Positions 17,103 to 26,073 of a DNA stretch of 26,225 nt are shown in pieces. The notes below the pieces were generated by a model, which saw only the letters and a list, made by a program, of their open reading frames with translations, did no database searches and was not told the DNA's origin. A program made the translations under genes and the position numbers. Each line of letters opens with the position of its first letter. Position 1 is the stretch's first letter. This DNA is from Chlamydiota bacterium. Lineage in GTDB: Bacteria > Chlamydiota > Chlamydiia > Chlamydiales > SM23-39. The stretch spans positions 1-26,225 of the forward strand of contig JBCAXK010000021.1 in assembly GCA_038534095.1 (NCBI GenBank), read 5' to 3'.

Positions 17103-17121
17103 CGCGAGAAATTTTCTCGCG
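17103..17121. promoter_or_regulatory. Perfect 9-1-9 palindrome, putative operator
   Basis: CGCGAGAAA-T-TTTCTCGCG, 36 nt upstream of the orphan's start codon. Confidence 0.45.
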
Positions 17122-17331
17122 GCTGACTATTTTCTGTCCAGAATTCATAAGAAAAAGGGCGCTTGAATGTCTTGCTAAGCTGTCTTGATCAAGGTTTCAA
17201 TCCATGAAAGAAGAGCCCTTCTTTTCAAAACGCTCTTGAAAAAGGGATAACGGACTGCAAGCAGGGGCGTATTTCATGAAAAACCGAGCATGGGAGGCAG
17301 CGCTTACTAACTCGATTGTTTTTGCGTCTTT

Positions 17332-17340
17332 TGGGCGCCT
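17332..17340 (+). repeat. Right copy of 9-bp direct repeat TGGGCGCCT
   Basis: 6 nt beyond the secDF stop codon; matches 15929-15937. Confidence 0.45.
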
Positions 17341-17346
17341 AATCTT

Positions 17347-20300
17347 CTACAGCTCTCCTTTGATGGGAGCAAAGGTTCGCCGAAAATAGAGGAGCAAGGG
17401 GCCTGCAACAAATAGTGAGGAAGCAGTTCCTACCATCACGCCGACAGTCATCACAAACGCGAAACTGAAAATCGCTTCTCCTCCAAAAAACACGAGGGCA
17501 AGCAGAGCAATCAGCGTTGTCAGGGAAGTCATCATTGTCCTAGAAAAAGTGTCATTGATCGATTGATTCACAATGGTGGGTAACGACCGTTTCTCTGGGT
17601 TTTTGAGCTCTTCACGAATACGGTCAAAGACCACAATCGTATCGTTAAGAGAATACCCGATAATGGTCATCAAAGCGGCTGTAGCTTGTAAATCCATTTG
17701 TAGAGGAAATCCGCAGTAACGGAGGATCGAGATAAGAGCCATGGAGACTAAAACGTCGTGCAACAAACAAAGCACAGCGCTTGCCGCGTAAAGATACTCA
17801 AAGCGGATCCCAAGATAAATGAAGATTCCAACAAACGCGAGGAATAGGGCCATCATCGCATGATTTTTTACATGTTCTGATAACTGCGCGCTCATGAAAG
17901 AAGCCTCTTGATGAAGAGAGCGGAGCGTTTCTTTTTCGAGGGGTAAGGAGCCCCTTTTTGCGGTAAGAGCGAGCCATTTGAGGCGGGGATTTTTCGCAAA
18001 AGGGTAATCATCGTACGAGGCATCTTGGATGGTTGGAGGGGTGAAAGAGGGGCGTAAAAGGACGCGGAGATGATGGTTTTTTCCTAACGTACGAATCTGC
18101 ACATCTTTCGGAGTGACCCCTTGCGCCCTGAGGCTTTGTACAAGCTCCTCTTCATAGGGCCGGGTTTTGTCGGGAACAAATCGCAAGTGGGCCGATTCTC
18201 CTCCCGTAAACTCCATACCGAGCACAGCACTTTTTTGAAGAGAAAGGGTGGCTACTCCGAGAAGAAAAATACCCAAGCTACAAACAAGCAGGGGAGCTGA
18301 TTTCCCCAGGAAGTTCCAAGAGCGACCTCGAATCAAGTGGAGCATGGCAAGAGAAGACTTTTTGGTTCTTTCTAGCCAGCCGATAAAAAAGATGCGGGTC
18401 ATGAATAGAGCCGAGAACATCGACGAAGCGATACCAATGATGAGGGTGATCGCAAAGGCTTTGACTGGCCCAGAATCAAAACTGAGCAAGATCATCGCAG
18501 CAAGCATGGTAGTGATGTTCGCATCAAAAATCGCGCTAAAGGCTTTTTCGTATCCTGAATGCAAGGCCGCTTTGAGGCTTTTCCCTAAGCCGATCTCTTC
18601 ACGTACCCGTTCAAAAACAAGGACATTTGCGTCAACGGCCATTCCTAGGGTAAGAATAATTCCGGCAATGCCTGGAAGAGTGAGGGCGGCTCCTAAATTC
18701 TGTAAAGCAGCAAAAATCATGAGCAAGTTAAACAGTAGAGCAAGCGAAGCGATGACTCCTAGGAAACGGTAATAAAAGCTCATCAGAAGAATCACAAAGG
18801 AAAGGGCTAAGAAAACAGCAAAGAGACCTTGGGTCCTTTCCTTTTGGCCAAGCTCGGGACTCACGTTCACTTCCGATAAAATTTTGGGCGCGTAAGAGAG
18901 GGACCCTGCTTTTAAATCGCCCACCAAGGAAGCGATCTCTTTTTGGGAGAAATGGCCAGAAATCATGGCATGATCACGAATTGGCGCATCCAACGTCGGC
19001 GCGCTAATGATGGCGTCATTGAGCAAAACGCACATCCTGTACCCCCTGCCACCTGTATACTTCTCTAGCGGGGTTCCCAAGACTTTTTCTCGGGCAAACT
19101 GGGAAGTCCAAGAAAAGAGGATATCTTTTGGGTAGACCCAAGATTGATCCCGATTTTGATAGGAACTTTTGACAGAAAAGCGCAAAAAATTGCCTTGTGA
19201 TGGATCATAAGATCCTTGGATCTCTGTTAGGTGGGCGCCTGCAAGGGCATGCTCATGGAATACAAGGCATAAAGGAAGCGCTTCTTTTTGCTCTTTCTTA
19301 GCCACATCTTCTCTGTAAAGAGCTACTTTTGAGAGCTTGTTATGAAAAGAATCTGCGCGGATTTTTTCACTCGGAAGAGCGAGGCGAAGGCCCTCATCCC
19401 ATAGAATTTTTCCTGCTGGAGATCTTGGCTCGGGATGCTCAGGGTCGAGTTTTTCTCCATAAAGGTGTTTGCAGGCGATGGTTTCCACCTCTTTTGGGGC
19501 GGTTTTTTGTTGGATTTTCGCTTCATTCCACACTTCCCTCAAAAAAGCGTGCACATCTTTTTGTAGGGCCGGGTTTTGTAGAGAAAATTTTTCATTAGCT
19601 ACATGGAAAAACATGGACGAGCCCTGAATGAGCTCTTCGGCAGAGATATTTTGTGATCCGGGAAAATCGACCACAAGATGGGTACCTTCTCGGCGTATGG
19701 TCGTTTCACGAACGCCTAGGCGGTTGATCCTTTTTTCCAGTTCTTGCATCCCCTTGTCTATTTCAAGAGGATCGACGACCTGTTTCCCATACTTGTTGTG
19801 CAAGGATAAGGTAACCGATTTTCCTCCACAAAGATCGAGACCCCATTTCAAGGTTTTTCTCTCATCTCCTCGGAAGTATTTGGCAAAACTTAACCGAAGG
19901 TTGTTCCAAAAGACGCTTTTTTGCGGTTTTGGCCGAAGAGCGGCTGTCTCTTTTTGATAGAGAAGGGCTTTTTTGTAATCATCCCGTTCTTGAATCAGCG
20001 CCTCATGTTGTTTCGTTTCTATTTTGTTGAGGGTAAGAAGTCTTTGTTCCCAATCTTTGAGCTCCAAAACGGCGTACCGTTTTGATCCGCAAGGGGTAAA
20101 GGCCTCTTCTGTTGCTGTGAGAAACGGCGTAAAGTAGTGTGAATTTTCAAAAATGTAATCACCAGAGAATTCTTGAGGGGCGTTTAGTTCTGAGGCAAAG
20201 TAACCTACAAATCCCCGTTTTTGCAAAATCGCTTGTAATGATCGAATATCTTGCGAGAGAAGTTTTGCTTCTGCAGAATTTTCTGCTCCTGCGTACTTTT

Positions 20301-21795
20301 CCATCAAAGGAGCAAGTCCCCGAAAGGCTACGTAGATGGAGGGGTTTGGTAAGAAGGGAAAGCTTGCTTGCTGCTCTTTCGGGTGAAGGAGAGCAAGGCC
20401 TAATGGAAATTTTTTTGCCCCCACAGCTGCAAAAGAAGCGCTTGTTACCGTAGGAAAGAGTTCTTTTTGTAGCTCAGGATGAGAAGGGCGCCAGTCTTGG
20501 AGCGCATTTTCTAATAGGGCGATCTCATCTTCGGCAATTTTCCAAAGATCGAGCGCTAAAATACTGCGGCTATCTTCTAACACAGAAAATTGGACCGAAA
20601 ACATGCCATCTGCTTGCTCAATATCTTCGGAAGATACCCGAGCAATCCTCGCGATTTCTTCTAACAAAAGAGATAACGAGCGTTTTCGAGCATCAGCAAG
20701 AGGAGCTCCTTTTTCTTCAAGAAGGGCAAGCACATCATCATGCAACACAAATAAGAGTTTTTCTTCCTCCCAGGAAAGGGTCATTTCTTTAATGAACGGG
20801 TGGGCTTTTCCCAAGGAGAAGGTCTTTTGAGAAGAGGGACGAGAGGAGGTTTTTGGTGACGGGTTAAGAATTTCTTGAATAGAAAGAGGGGTTGAAGGGA
20901 GCGAGGCCTGTTGCCTTTCGATGAGATTGATCGAATCGGCTAAAACCAGCTGCCTTTCTTCGAGCATTTGCCTTTGCGCGGTTTCGTTTTTTTCACTTTT
21001 TTTGAGCATTTGTAGGTGAGTTTCGCCCCCTTTGTGGAGCGACTTTAAAGCTGAAATCAGCAAGGAGCCAGGTTGCTTTTCTTCTTGGCTTGTACGGAAA
21101 TTGTTGATGTGTCTTTTGGTGATTGCAGAGTCTTTTCCAAACACTTCACTATATTCGTGAATCGAATGAGAAATGGAGTAAAGAAGAGCTGTTTTTAGAT
21201 CGTTTTCAGACTGGAGCGCTTTGTCTACTATTTGCGAGCTTCCCTTTTCAAGAATCGCTTTTGCAATGGCGCCCACTCTATCCAAAAGGATTGTTTCATG
21301 GAGAGAGGGGGAGTCTCCGTGCGGCGCTTTGGAAGAAAATTGAAGGTAATGGGTAAGAGATTTCTTAGGAAAAGAGGCAAACGAGCGCTCTAAATAGAGC
21401 TCTTTAGGAAAAGCCTCGTCCTTTTCGCGTAAAATGTACCCTTTTGCAGGGTGATGAATCGAGGCATTTGCCTGGGGAAAAGACTTTCGAAACGCCTCAG
21501 CCTCTTCCTCTTGGTAAAACAGGATGCGCAATTTAGCGGGGAAATTTTGGTCTACTTCCAAGGATTTTGGAGAAAAGCCAAGAGAAGTGCAAAAAGAGTG
21601 GATCCAGGATCTAGTGTCCTGATCTACTTGATCAATTCTAGAAAAAATTTCTTTCGATACATGGAGCGCTTTTTCTTGATCAATTGGTTTTTGTAAAGGC
21701 TGCGAGTAATAGAAAATCGTAGGTAATATATTGTATATTGTTAAAGTCGCAACAAAAAGAATAAGAAAAATGTGCCATCTTTTTACAGTTTTCAT
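17347..21795 (-). CDS. secDF: Fused protein translocase subunit SecDF with long chlamydial N-terminal periplasmic extension
   Basis: WGLDLCGG, RINRLGVRE, LKAGSL, VSPELG, LTLPGIAGIILTLGMAVDANVLVFERVREE, IFDANITT (SecD); LGMEFTGG, IIGYSLNDTIVVFDRIRE, SRTMMTSLTT (SecF). Confidence 0.96.
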   Translation of the reverse strand: MKTVKRWHIFLILFVATLTIYNILPTIFYYSQPLQKPIDQEKALHVSKEIFSRIDQVDQDTRSWIHSFCTSLGFSPKSLEVDQNFPAKLRILFYQEEEAEAFRKSFPQANASIHHPAKGYILREKDEAFPKELYLERSFASFPKKSLTHYLQFSSKAPHGDSPSLHETILLDRVGAIAKAILEKGSSQIVDKALQSENDLKTALLYSISHSIHEYSEVFGKDSAITKRHINNFRTSQEEKQPGSLLISALKSLHKGGETHLQMLKKSEKNETAQRQMLEERQLVLADSINLIERQQASLPSTPLSIQEILNPSPKTSSRPSSQKTFSLGKAHPFIKEMTLSWEEEKLLFVLHDDVLALLEEKGAPLADARKRSLSLLLEEIARIARVSSEDIEQADGMFSVQFSVLEDSRSILALDLWKIAEDEIALLENALQDWRPSHPELQKELFPTVTSASFAAVGAKKFPLGLALLHPKEQQASFPFLPNPSIYVAFRGLAPLMEKYAGAENSAEAKLLSQDIRSLQAILQKRGFVGYFASELNAPQEFSGDYIFENSHYFTPFLTATEEAFTPCGSKRYAVLELKDWEQRLLTLNKIETKQHEALIQERDDYKKALLYQKETAALRPKPQKSVFWNNLRLSFAKYFRGDERKTLKWGLDLCGGKSVTLSLHNKYGKQVVDPLEIDKGMQELEKRINRLGVRETTIRREGTHLVVDFPGSQNISAEELIQGSSMFFHVANEKFSLQNPALQKDVHAFLREVWNEAKIQQKTAPKEVETIACKHLYGEKLDPEHPEPRSPAGKILWDEGLRLALPSEKIRADSFHNKLSKVALYREDVAKKEQKEALPLCLVFHEHALAGAHLTEIQGSYDPSQGNFLRFSVKSSYQNRDQSWVYPKDILFSWTSQFAREKVLGTPLEKYTGGRGYRMCVLLNDAIISAPTLDAPIRDHAMISGHFSQKEIASLVGDLKAGSLSYAPKILSEVNVSPELGQKERTQGLFAVFLALSFVILLMSFYYRFLGVIASLALLFNLLMIFAALQNLGAALTLPGIAGIILTLGMAVDANVLVFERVREEIGLGKSLKAALHSGYEKAFSAIFDANITTMLAAMILLSFDSGPVKAFAITLIIGIASSMFSALFMTRIFFIGWLERTKKSSLAMLHLIRGRSWNFLGKSAPLLVCSLGIFLLGVATLSLQKSAVLGMEFTGGESAHLRFVPDKTRPYEEELVQSLRAQGVTPKDVQIRTLGKNHHLRVLLRPSFTPPTIQDASYDDYPFAKNPRLKWLALTAKRGSLPLEKETLRSLHQEASFMSAQLSEHVKNHAMMALFLAFVGIFIYLGIRFEYLYAASAVLCLLHDVLVSMALISILRYCGFPLQMDLQATAALMTIIGYSLNDTIVVFDRIREELKNPEKRSLPTIVNQSINDTFSRTMMTSLTTLIALLALVFFGGEAIFSFAFVMTVGVMVGTASSLFVAGPLLLYFRRTFAPIKGEL

Positions 21796-21830
21796 TATTT
21801 ACTCAAATTTTAAAAGGAAGTATTCTTAAT

Positions 21831-21860
21831 AAACATAATCAAAATCTTTGATTTCGTCTA
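21831..21860 (-). promoter_or_regulatory. Putative sigma66 promoter for secDF
   Basis: Minus strand TAGACG-N17-TATGTT. The spacer holds the inverted repeat AATCAAA-N3-TTTGATT (21837-21853). Confidence 0.35.
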
Positions 21861-21887
21861 TGAAAATTCAGATTGTGCCAATTTTTT

Positions 21888-21916
21888 TTGCCTACAATCT
21901 CTTAACCCCCTATGCT
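21888..21916 (+). promoter_or_regulatory. Putative sigma66 promoter for the uppS-cdsA-cmk/plsC operon
   Basis: TTGCCT-N17-TATGCT. Confidence 0.55.
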
Positions 21917-22043
21917 ATCTCTTAAAGATGATTTTGGTGAAGATTTTTTGAAGCAAAAAAATTTTCTAAACAACCTACTCAAGGATCGATGTAATTGCGC
22001 TCTTTTCTTTTACCTCTTTTGTACAAACGTCGCTTAGAACATC

Positions 22044-22763
22044 ATGAACTCTCCAGACCAATTCTACTCGCCTATTCCTAAACATGTTGCCATCATCATG
22101 GATGGTAACCGTAGATGGGCGAAACTCCGGGATAAAGATCCTATTGAGGGGTATCGCCAGGGAGCAGAAACCCTCACAAAAATTGTTCGTGTTGCCGGGT
22201 CTTTAGGCATCAAGTGTTTGACAGTTTATTCCTTTTCAACAGAAAATTGGAAAAGACCGCAGACCGAAATCGATGCTTTGATGGATCTATTTGCTGTGTA
22301 TCTTCGTAAAGAATCGGCCAGTATGGTCAGCAAAGGCGTCTGCTTAAAAAGCATTGGAGATCTTACTTTGTTGCCAAAAAAGGTGCAAAATGCGTTTCAT
22401 GAGGTGAAAGAAGCGACAAAACGGGAACAAAATCTCCAGCTTGTCATTGCCATGAACTATGGAGCGCGGGATGAACTTGTTCGAAGTATGCAAAAAATGT
22501 TTTGCGATTTAGAGGCAGGATTGATCGAAAAAAACGATCTGACCGAAGAGACCTTCACAAAGTATTTGGATACAGCCGGGATGCAAGATCCCGACCTTTT
22601 GATTCGCACTTCGGGAGAATTTCGTTTGAGCAATTTTTTACTTTGGCAGCTTTCTTACGCAGAAATTGAGGTGATCGATCAGCTTTGGCCCGATGTTTCT
22701 GAAAAAGATTTTCTTGGAGCGATTAGGAATTTTCAAAAAAGAAAAAGGCGCTGCGGCTCATGA
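22044..22763 (+). CDS. uppS: Undecaprenyl diphosphate synthase (cis-prenyltransferase)
   Basis: IPKHVAIIMDGNRRWA, YSFSTENWKRP, NYGARDE, DPDLLIRTSGEFRLSNFLLWQLSYAE, LWPD. Confidence 0.97.
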   Translation: MNSPDQFYSPIPKHVAIIMDGNRRWAKLRDKDPIEGYRQGAETLTKIVRVAGSLGIKCLTVYSFSTENWKRPQTEIDALMDLFAVYLRKESASMVSKGVCLKSIGDLTLLPKKVQNAFHEVKEATKREQNLQLVIAMNYGARDELVRSMQKMFCDLEAGLIEKNDLTEETFTKYLDTAGMQDPDLLIRTSGEFRLSNFLLWQLSYAEIEVIDQLWPDVSEKDFLGAIRNFQKRKRRCGS

Positions 22764-23605
22764 AAGAATTTGGGAAAAGGATCTATGTCACTTTTACAGC
22801 GACCATGATTTTAGCGATCTTTTTTTTTGTGTCAGATACTCCATTAGGACGCCTGTTTGTTCTTGCCTTTTTAACAGCTCTTGGGCTGGTTTCGCTTTAT
22901 GAGTATGGGGAATTTGTCCGGAAAAAAGAAGTGCATCTTTCCCGCAGGCTTCTTTTCAGCTTTGGCTTTGTTTCGATCGTTGGAAGCTATCTCTGTGCTA
23001 CCGGTAAAGTAAATGCCGCTTTTTTAGGAGACCTTGCTCTTCTTTATCTTTTGGCTCTTTTTTACCTAAGAAGAAAAAAGCAAGAGGGGGGCATTGCCTA
23101 CTTTGCGCTTGCTTGTTTCCCCTTCTTTTACATCGTTTTCCCAATCAGTCTTGTGTTTTTCCTTCTTTACAGCCCCTATTTTCAAGGGAGCTGGTGGTTT
23201 TTTTACCTAGTTGCTGTCACAAAAATTACCGATATCGCTGCTTACCTTGCGGGGAGACTTTTTGGCAGGCGTCCTCTTTGTCCAAAAATCAGTCCGAAAA
23301 AAACCTATGAAGGGGCCGTTGCTGGATTTCTTGGCGCTCTCATTTGTAGCTTGGCCTTTGCCTACTTTACTGACAGGTTTCCCGTAGAAGGTTTTGTTCT
23401 CTCTTACCAAAAAGCGCTGATCTTGGGGATTGTTCTTGCCGTTTTAAGTCAGTTAGGAGATCTTTTTGAATCATTCTTAAAAAGAGATGCTAACATGAAA
23501 GATAGCAATAAGATACCTGGAGTGGGAGGAGCTCTTGACCTCTTAGACTCTCTCCTTTTCACAACACCTGTGCTTTTTTCGATTCTTTACGGGATTGTAG
23601 GATGA
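22760..23605 (+). CDS. cdsA: Phosphatidate cytidylyltransferase
   Basis: Multi-TM protein with TDIAAYLAGRLFG, ISPKKTYEG, GDLFESFLKRDANMKDS, IPGVGGALDLLDS. ATGA overlap with uppS. Confidence 0.96.
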   Translation: MKEFGKRIYVTFTATMILAIFFFVSDTPLGRLFVLAFLTALGLVSLYEYGEFVRKKEVHLSRRLLFSFGFVSIVGSYLCATGKVNAAFLGDLALLYLLALFYLRRKKQEGGIAYFALACFPFFYIVFPISLVFFLLYSPYFQGSWWFFYLVAVTKITDIAAYLAGRLFGRRPLCPKISPKKTYEGAVAGFLGALICSLAFAYFTDRFPVEGFVLSYQKALILGIVLAVLSQLGDLFESFLKRDANMKDSNKIPGVGGALDLLDSLLFTTPVLFSILYGIVG

Positions 23606-24894
23606 TCATTACGATCGATGGTCCATCTGGAACAGGAAAATCGAGCGCGGCAAAAAAGCTCGCAGAAAGGCTGGGGATTGCCTATTTCGATACAGGAGCG
23701 ATGTACCGAGGATTAGCTTGGTACTGTTTGGAACATAGGGTCTCTATCGAAGAAGTCTCTTCGCTAGAAAAAGCTCTCAAAAATTTTTCTTTCATCATTA
23801 CAAAAAAAGGGGAGTATGTTGTTTCTGGAGTCAATATTACCACAAAAATTCGATCTGAAGAAATTGCTCTCTTGAGCTCTAAGCTCTCCTCTTATCCAAG
23901 CGTCCGACAAAAACTTGTGCAAATGCAAAAAGCCTTTGGGAAAAAAGGTCCTTGCGTATTTGAAGGGAGGGATATGGGCAGCGTAGTTTTTCAGAAGGAG
24001 GCTGCTAGAAAGTTTTTTTTTACAGCAAATCCAAAAATTCGCGCGCAAAGGCGTCATGAGCAGCTCCTCAAAAAGTCTTCTGAAAAAACGCACTCTCTTG
24101 CCGAAATAGAGAAACAAATGGCAGCGCGAGATGAAGCAGATCGTAGGAGAACGCTTTCCCCGTTAAAAAAAACCGGAGATATGATTGAAATAGATACGAC
24201 AGATTTATCCCTCAATGAAGTCGTTTTGCTCATGCTAAAATATATCCCTCTTAAGAAAATGCGCCTTTTCTACCGGATGGCTTTTTACTTTAGCTGTTGG
24301 GTCGCCCGTCGATTTTACCGATTTCGTGTTTATGGGAAAGAGCGTCGCCTTGCAGGTTCTGCGCTGATCATTGCAAATCACACATCTTATATGGATCCCC
24401 CCTTAGCGGTGATGGCTTTTGGTGAAGAGCTCCATTTTTTAGCGCGAAAAAGTCTTTTTCGCAATCGTCTTTTTCGCTGGCTAATTAGTACGTTAAAAGC
24501 GCATCCGATTACCTCAGGGAAAAAAGATATTGGCGCTGTAAAAACGACTTTGGAAGTCTTAAAAAATGGGGAAAAAATTCTTTTGTTTCCTGAAGGAGGG
24601 CGCTCTGATGGTGAAACGCTTTTGCCTTTAGAGCCTGGCATTGGTTTCTTAGCGTATAAAAGCGGAGCTCCAATTATTCCTATGTATATCGAAGGAGCGC
24701 AAAATGTATGGGGGAAGCGTAGAAAATTTCCGACCTTCTTTGGGGATCTTTCTTGCGTAATTGGCCCTGTTCTTTCGGTAGATCAATACCGCCATTTAGA
24801 CAAAAAAGCCTTCATAGAGAAAGTATTGGAAGAGTCGGAAAAAGCGCTCAAAGAGCTCCGAGCGGAGCTCAAAAAACAAGGGCCGCATCCTTGA
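23602..24894 (+). CDS. cmk: Fused cytidylate kinase / 1-acyl-sn-glycerol-3-phosphate acyltransferase (Cmk-PlsC)
   Basis: N-half: ITIDGPSGTGKSS, FDTGAMYR, FEGRDMGSVVF, RDEADRRR (Cmk). C-half from Met220: ANHTSYMDP (HX4D), FLARKSLF, LFPEGGRS, PIIPMYI (PlsC). No stop between the halves. Confidence 0.95.
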   Translation: MIITIDGPSGTGKSSAAKKLAERLGIAYFDTGAMYRGLAWYCLEHRVSIEEVSSLEKALKNFSFIITKKGEYVVSGVNITTKIRSEEIALLSSKLSSYPSVRQKLVQMQKAFGKKGPCVFEGRDMGSVVFQKEAARKFFFTANPKIRAQRRHEQLLKKSSEKTHSLAEIEKQMAARDEADRRRTLSPLKKTGDMIEIDTTDLSLNEVVLLMLKYIPLKKMRLFYRMAFYFSCWVARRFYRFRVYGKERRLAGSALIIANHTSYMDPPLAVMAFGEELHFLARKSLFRNRLFRWLISTLKAHPITSGKKDIGAVKTTLEVLKNGEKILLFPEGGRSDGETLLPLEPGIGFLAYKSGAPIIPMYIEGAQNVWGKRRKFPTFFGDLSCVIGPVLSVDQYRHLDKKAFIEKVLEESEKALKELRAELKKQGPHP

Positions 24895-25023
24895 ACAGGC
24901 TTTTCCCCGTTTGCTATAGCTATGTTGATCAGCTTCTTTCTCCGAAAAAGCAAGAAAAAGCGCTTTCTGTGAGGGTAGATAGGGGGATTTTTCCGCTTTA
25001 GCACCATCGAAAAAGCATAAAAT

Positions 25024-25052
25024 TTGCCTTTTTATCTCCGATTTTTTACGAT
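25024..25052 (+). promoter_or_regulatory. Putative sigma66 promoter for trxA
   Basis: TTGCCT-N17-TACGAT. Confidence 0.55.
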
Positions 25053-25091
25053 AGAGCACTGTAAAACGTAATGCCTATAAAGAGTAAATAT

Positions 25092-25394
25092 ATGAATACA
25101 TTGACTGATGAGAATTTTACTGAAGAGACCGCTAAAGGAAGAACCTTGGTCGACTTCTATGCCGAATGGTGCGGGCCATGCCGCATGTTGCACCCTATTT
25201 TAGAAGAGCTCTCACAAGAAATGGAAGGGAAGGTCAAGTTTGGGAAAATTGATATCGATCAATCTGAAAAGGTGACGGTGCAGTACCAGATCACGTCAGT
25301 GCCTACATTGATCCTATTTGAAAATGGCCAGGAAATTGGCCGGATCATAGGGGCCTCCGATAAAGCTTCTATCAAAAATCTGATTGAAAAGTAA
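25092..25394 (+). CDS. trxA: Thioredoxin
   Basis: VDFYAEWCGPCR active site and SVPTL cis-Pro loop. Start 25092 (alternative 25071). Confidence 0.96.
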   Translation: MNTLTDENFTEETAKGRTLVDFYAEWCGPCRMLHPILEELSQEMEGKVKFGKIDIDQSEKVTVQYQITSVPTLILFENGQEIGRIIGASDKASIKNLIEK

Positions 25395-25401
25395 GTTTGT
25401 T

Positions 25402-25626
25402 ATGGTCTCCCGCTTTCTATTTTGGTTTGTCTTTTTTACCATTTTAGGCGGGGTCTTTATCCATTTTCAAACGCCCTTCCCAAAGTATCTCTCCTGGTTT
25501 GGTCGGCTTCCAGGAGATATGATTGTCGTTAAGAAAACTACTCTGATCCATTTTCCCGTTGTGTCATCCAGTATTTTTGCTGGATCGGTTGTGTTTTTGA
25601 GCTCACTACTCGGGGGGCGTTTGTGA
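25402..25626 (+). CDS. Small membrane protein, DUF2905-like
   Basis: Two hydrophobic helices flanking WFGRLPGDM..IHFP, matching the GRLPGD(I)..FP pattern I associate with DUF2905. ATG is 7 nt after the trxA stop. Confidence 0.75.
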   Translation: MVSRFLFWFVFFTILGGVFIHFQTPFPKYLSWFGRLPGDMIVVKKTTLIHFPVVSSSIFAGSVVFLSSLLGGRL

Positions 25627-26073
25627 AACTTGTTGTAATTGACGTCGCATTTCAAAACCTGCTACAGCGCACGCATTGGATAGGTTGAGGCACCGGCAGC
25701 GTGGCGCCATGGGGATGGTTACAAATCGCTCAGGCCATCGCTCCCAAAGACTTTTCGGAAGACCCTCTTTTTCATTACCAAATATAAGCACGGTCTCTTC
25801 TGTGTAAGATGCCTCGGTATAACTCTTTTTTGCCTCTTTTTTTGAGGAAAAAAAGTAGAACGAAGACTTCGAAGCAAGATATTTTGGGAGATCATCAATC
25901 ACCTCAAACGGTCTATTTTTCCCGTAATCTAGGCCTGCTCTTCTCATCATTCGGTCAGAGGTTCTAAACCCTAAGGGGCCAACTAGGAGTAAAGAAGCTT
26001 CTAAAGCTGCGCAGGTGCGTATGATATTTCCTGTATTTTGTGGGATGAGAGGCTGAAATAAAATAATGATCAT
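25606..26073 (-). CDS. trmL: tRNA (cytidine/uridine(34)-2'-O)-methyltransferase, SPOUT family
   Basis: LFQPLIPQNTGNIIRTC, PLGF, RRAGLDY, LIFGNEKEGLP, TIPM, CLNLSN. Start moved to the ATG at 26073. Confidence 0.93.
   Translation of the reverse strand: MIIILFQPLIPQNTGNIIRTCAALEASLLLVGPLGFRTSDRMMRRAGLDYGKNRPFEVIDDLPKYLASKSSFYFFSSKKEAKKSYTEASYTEETVLIFGNEKEGLPKSLWERWPERFVTIPMAPRCRCLNLSNACAVAGFEMRRQLQQVSQTPPE

Noticed and set aside
18248..18772. Long antisense ORFs (this one, also 4326-4943, 1909-2295, 3722-4114, 12371-12706)
   Set aside because: Shadow frames of well-supported genes on the opposite strand; no independent signals.
17347..21795. Unusually large fused SecDF as a novelty
   Set aside because: A fused SecDF with a long N-terminal extension is the normal chlamydial form.
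21866..21880. TGGCAC on the minus strand as a sigma54 -24 element for secDF
   Set aside because: The required GC at the -12 position (GG-N10-GC) is absent.
24753..25059. Short ORFs spanning the plsC end and the trxA promoter
   Set aside because: They overlap a real gene and promoter, have non-ATG starts and show no motifs.
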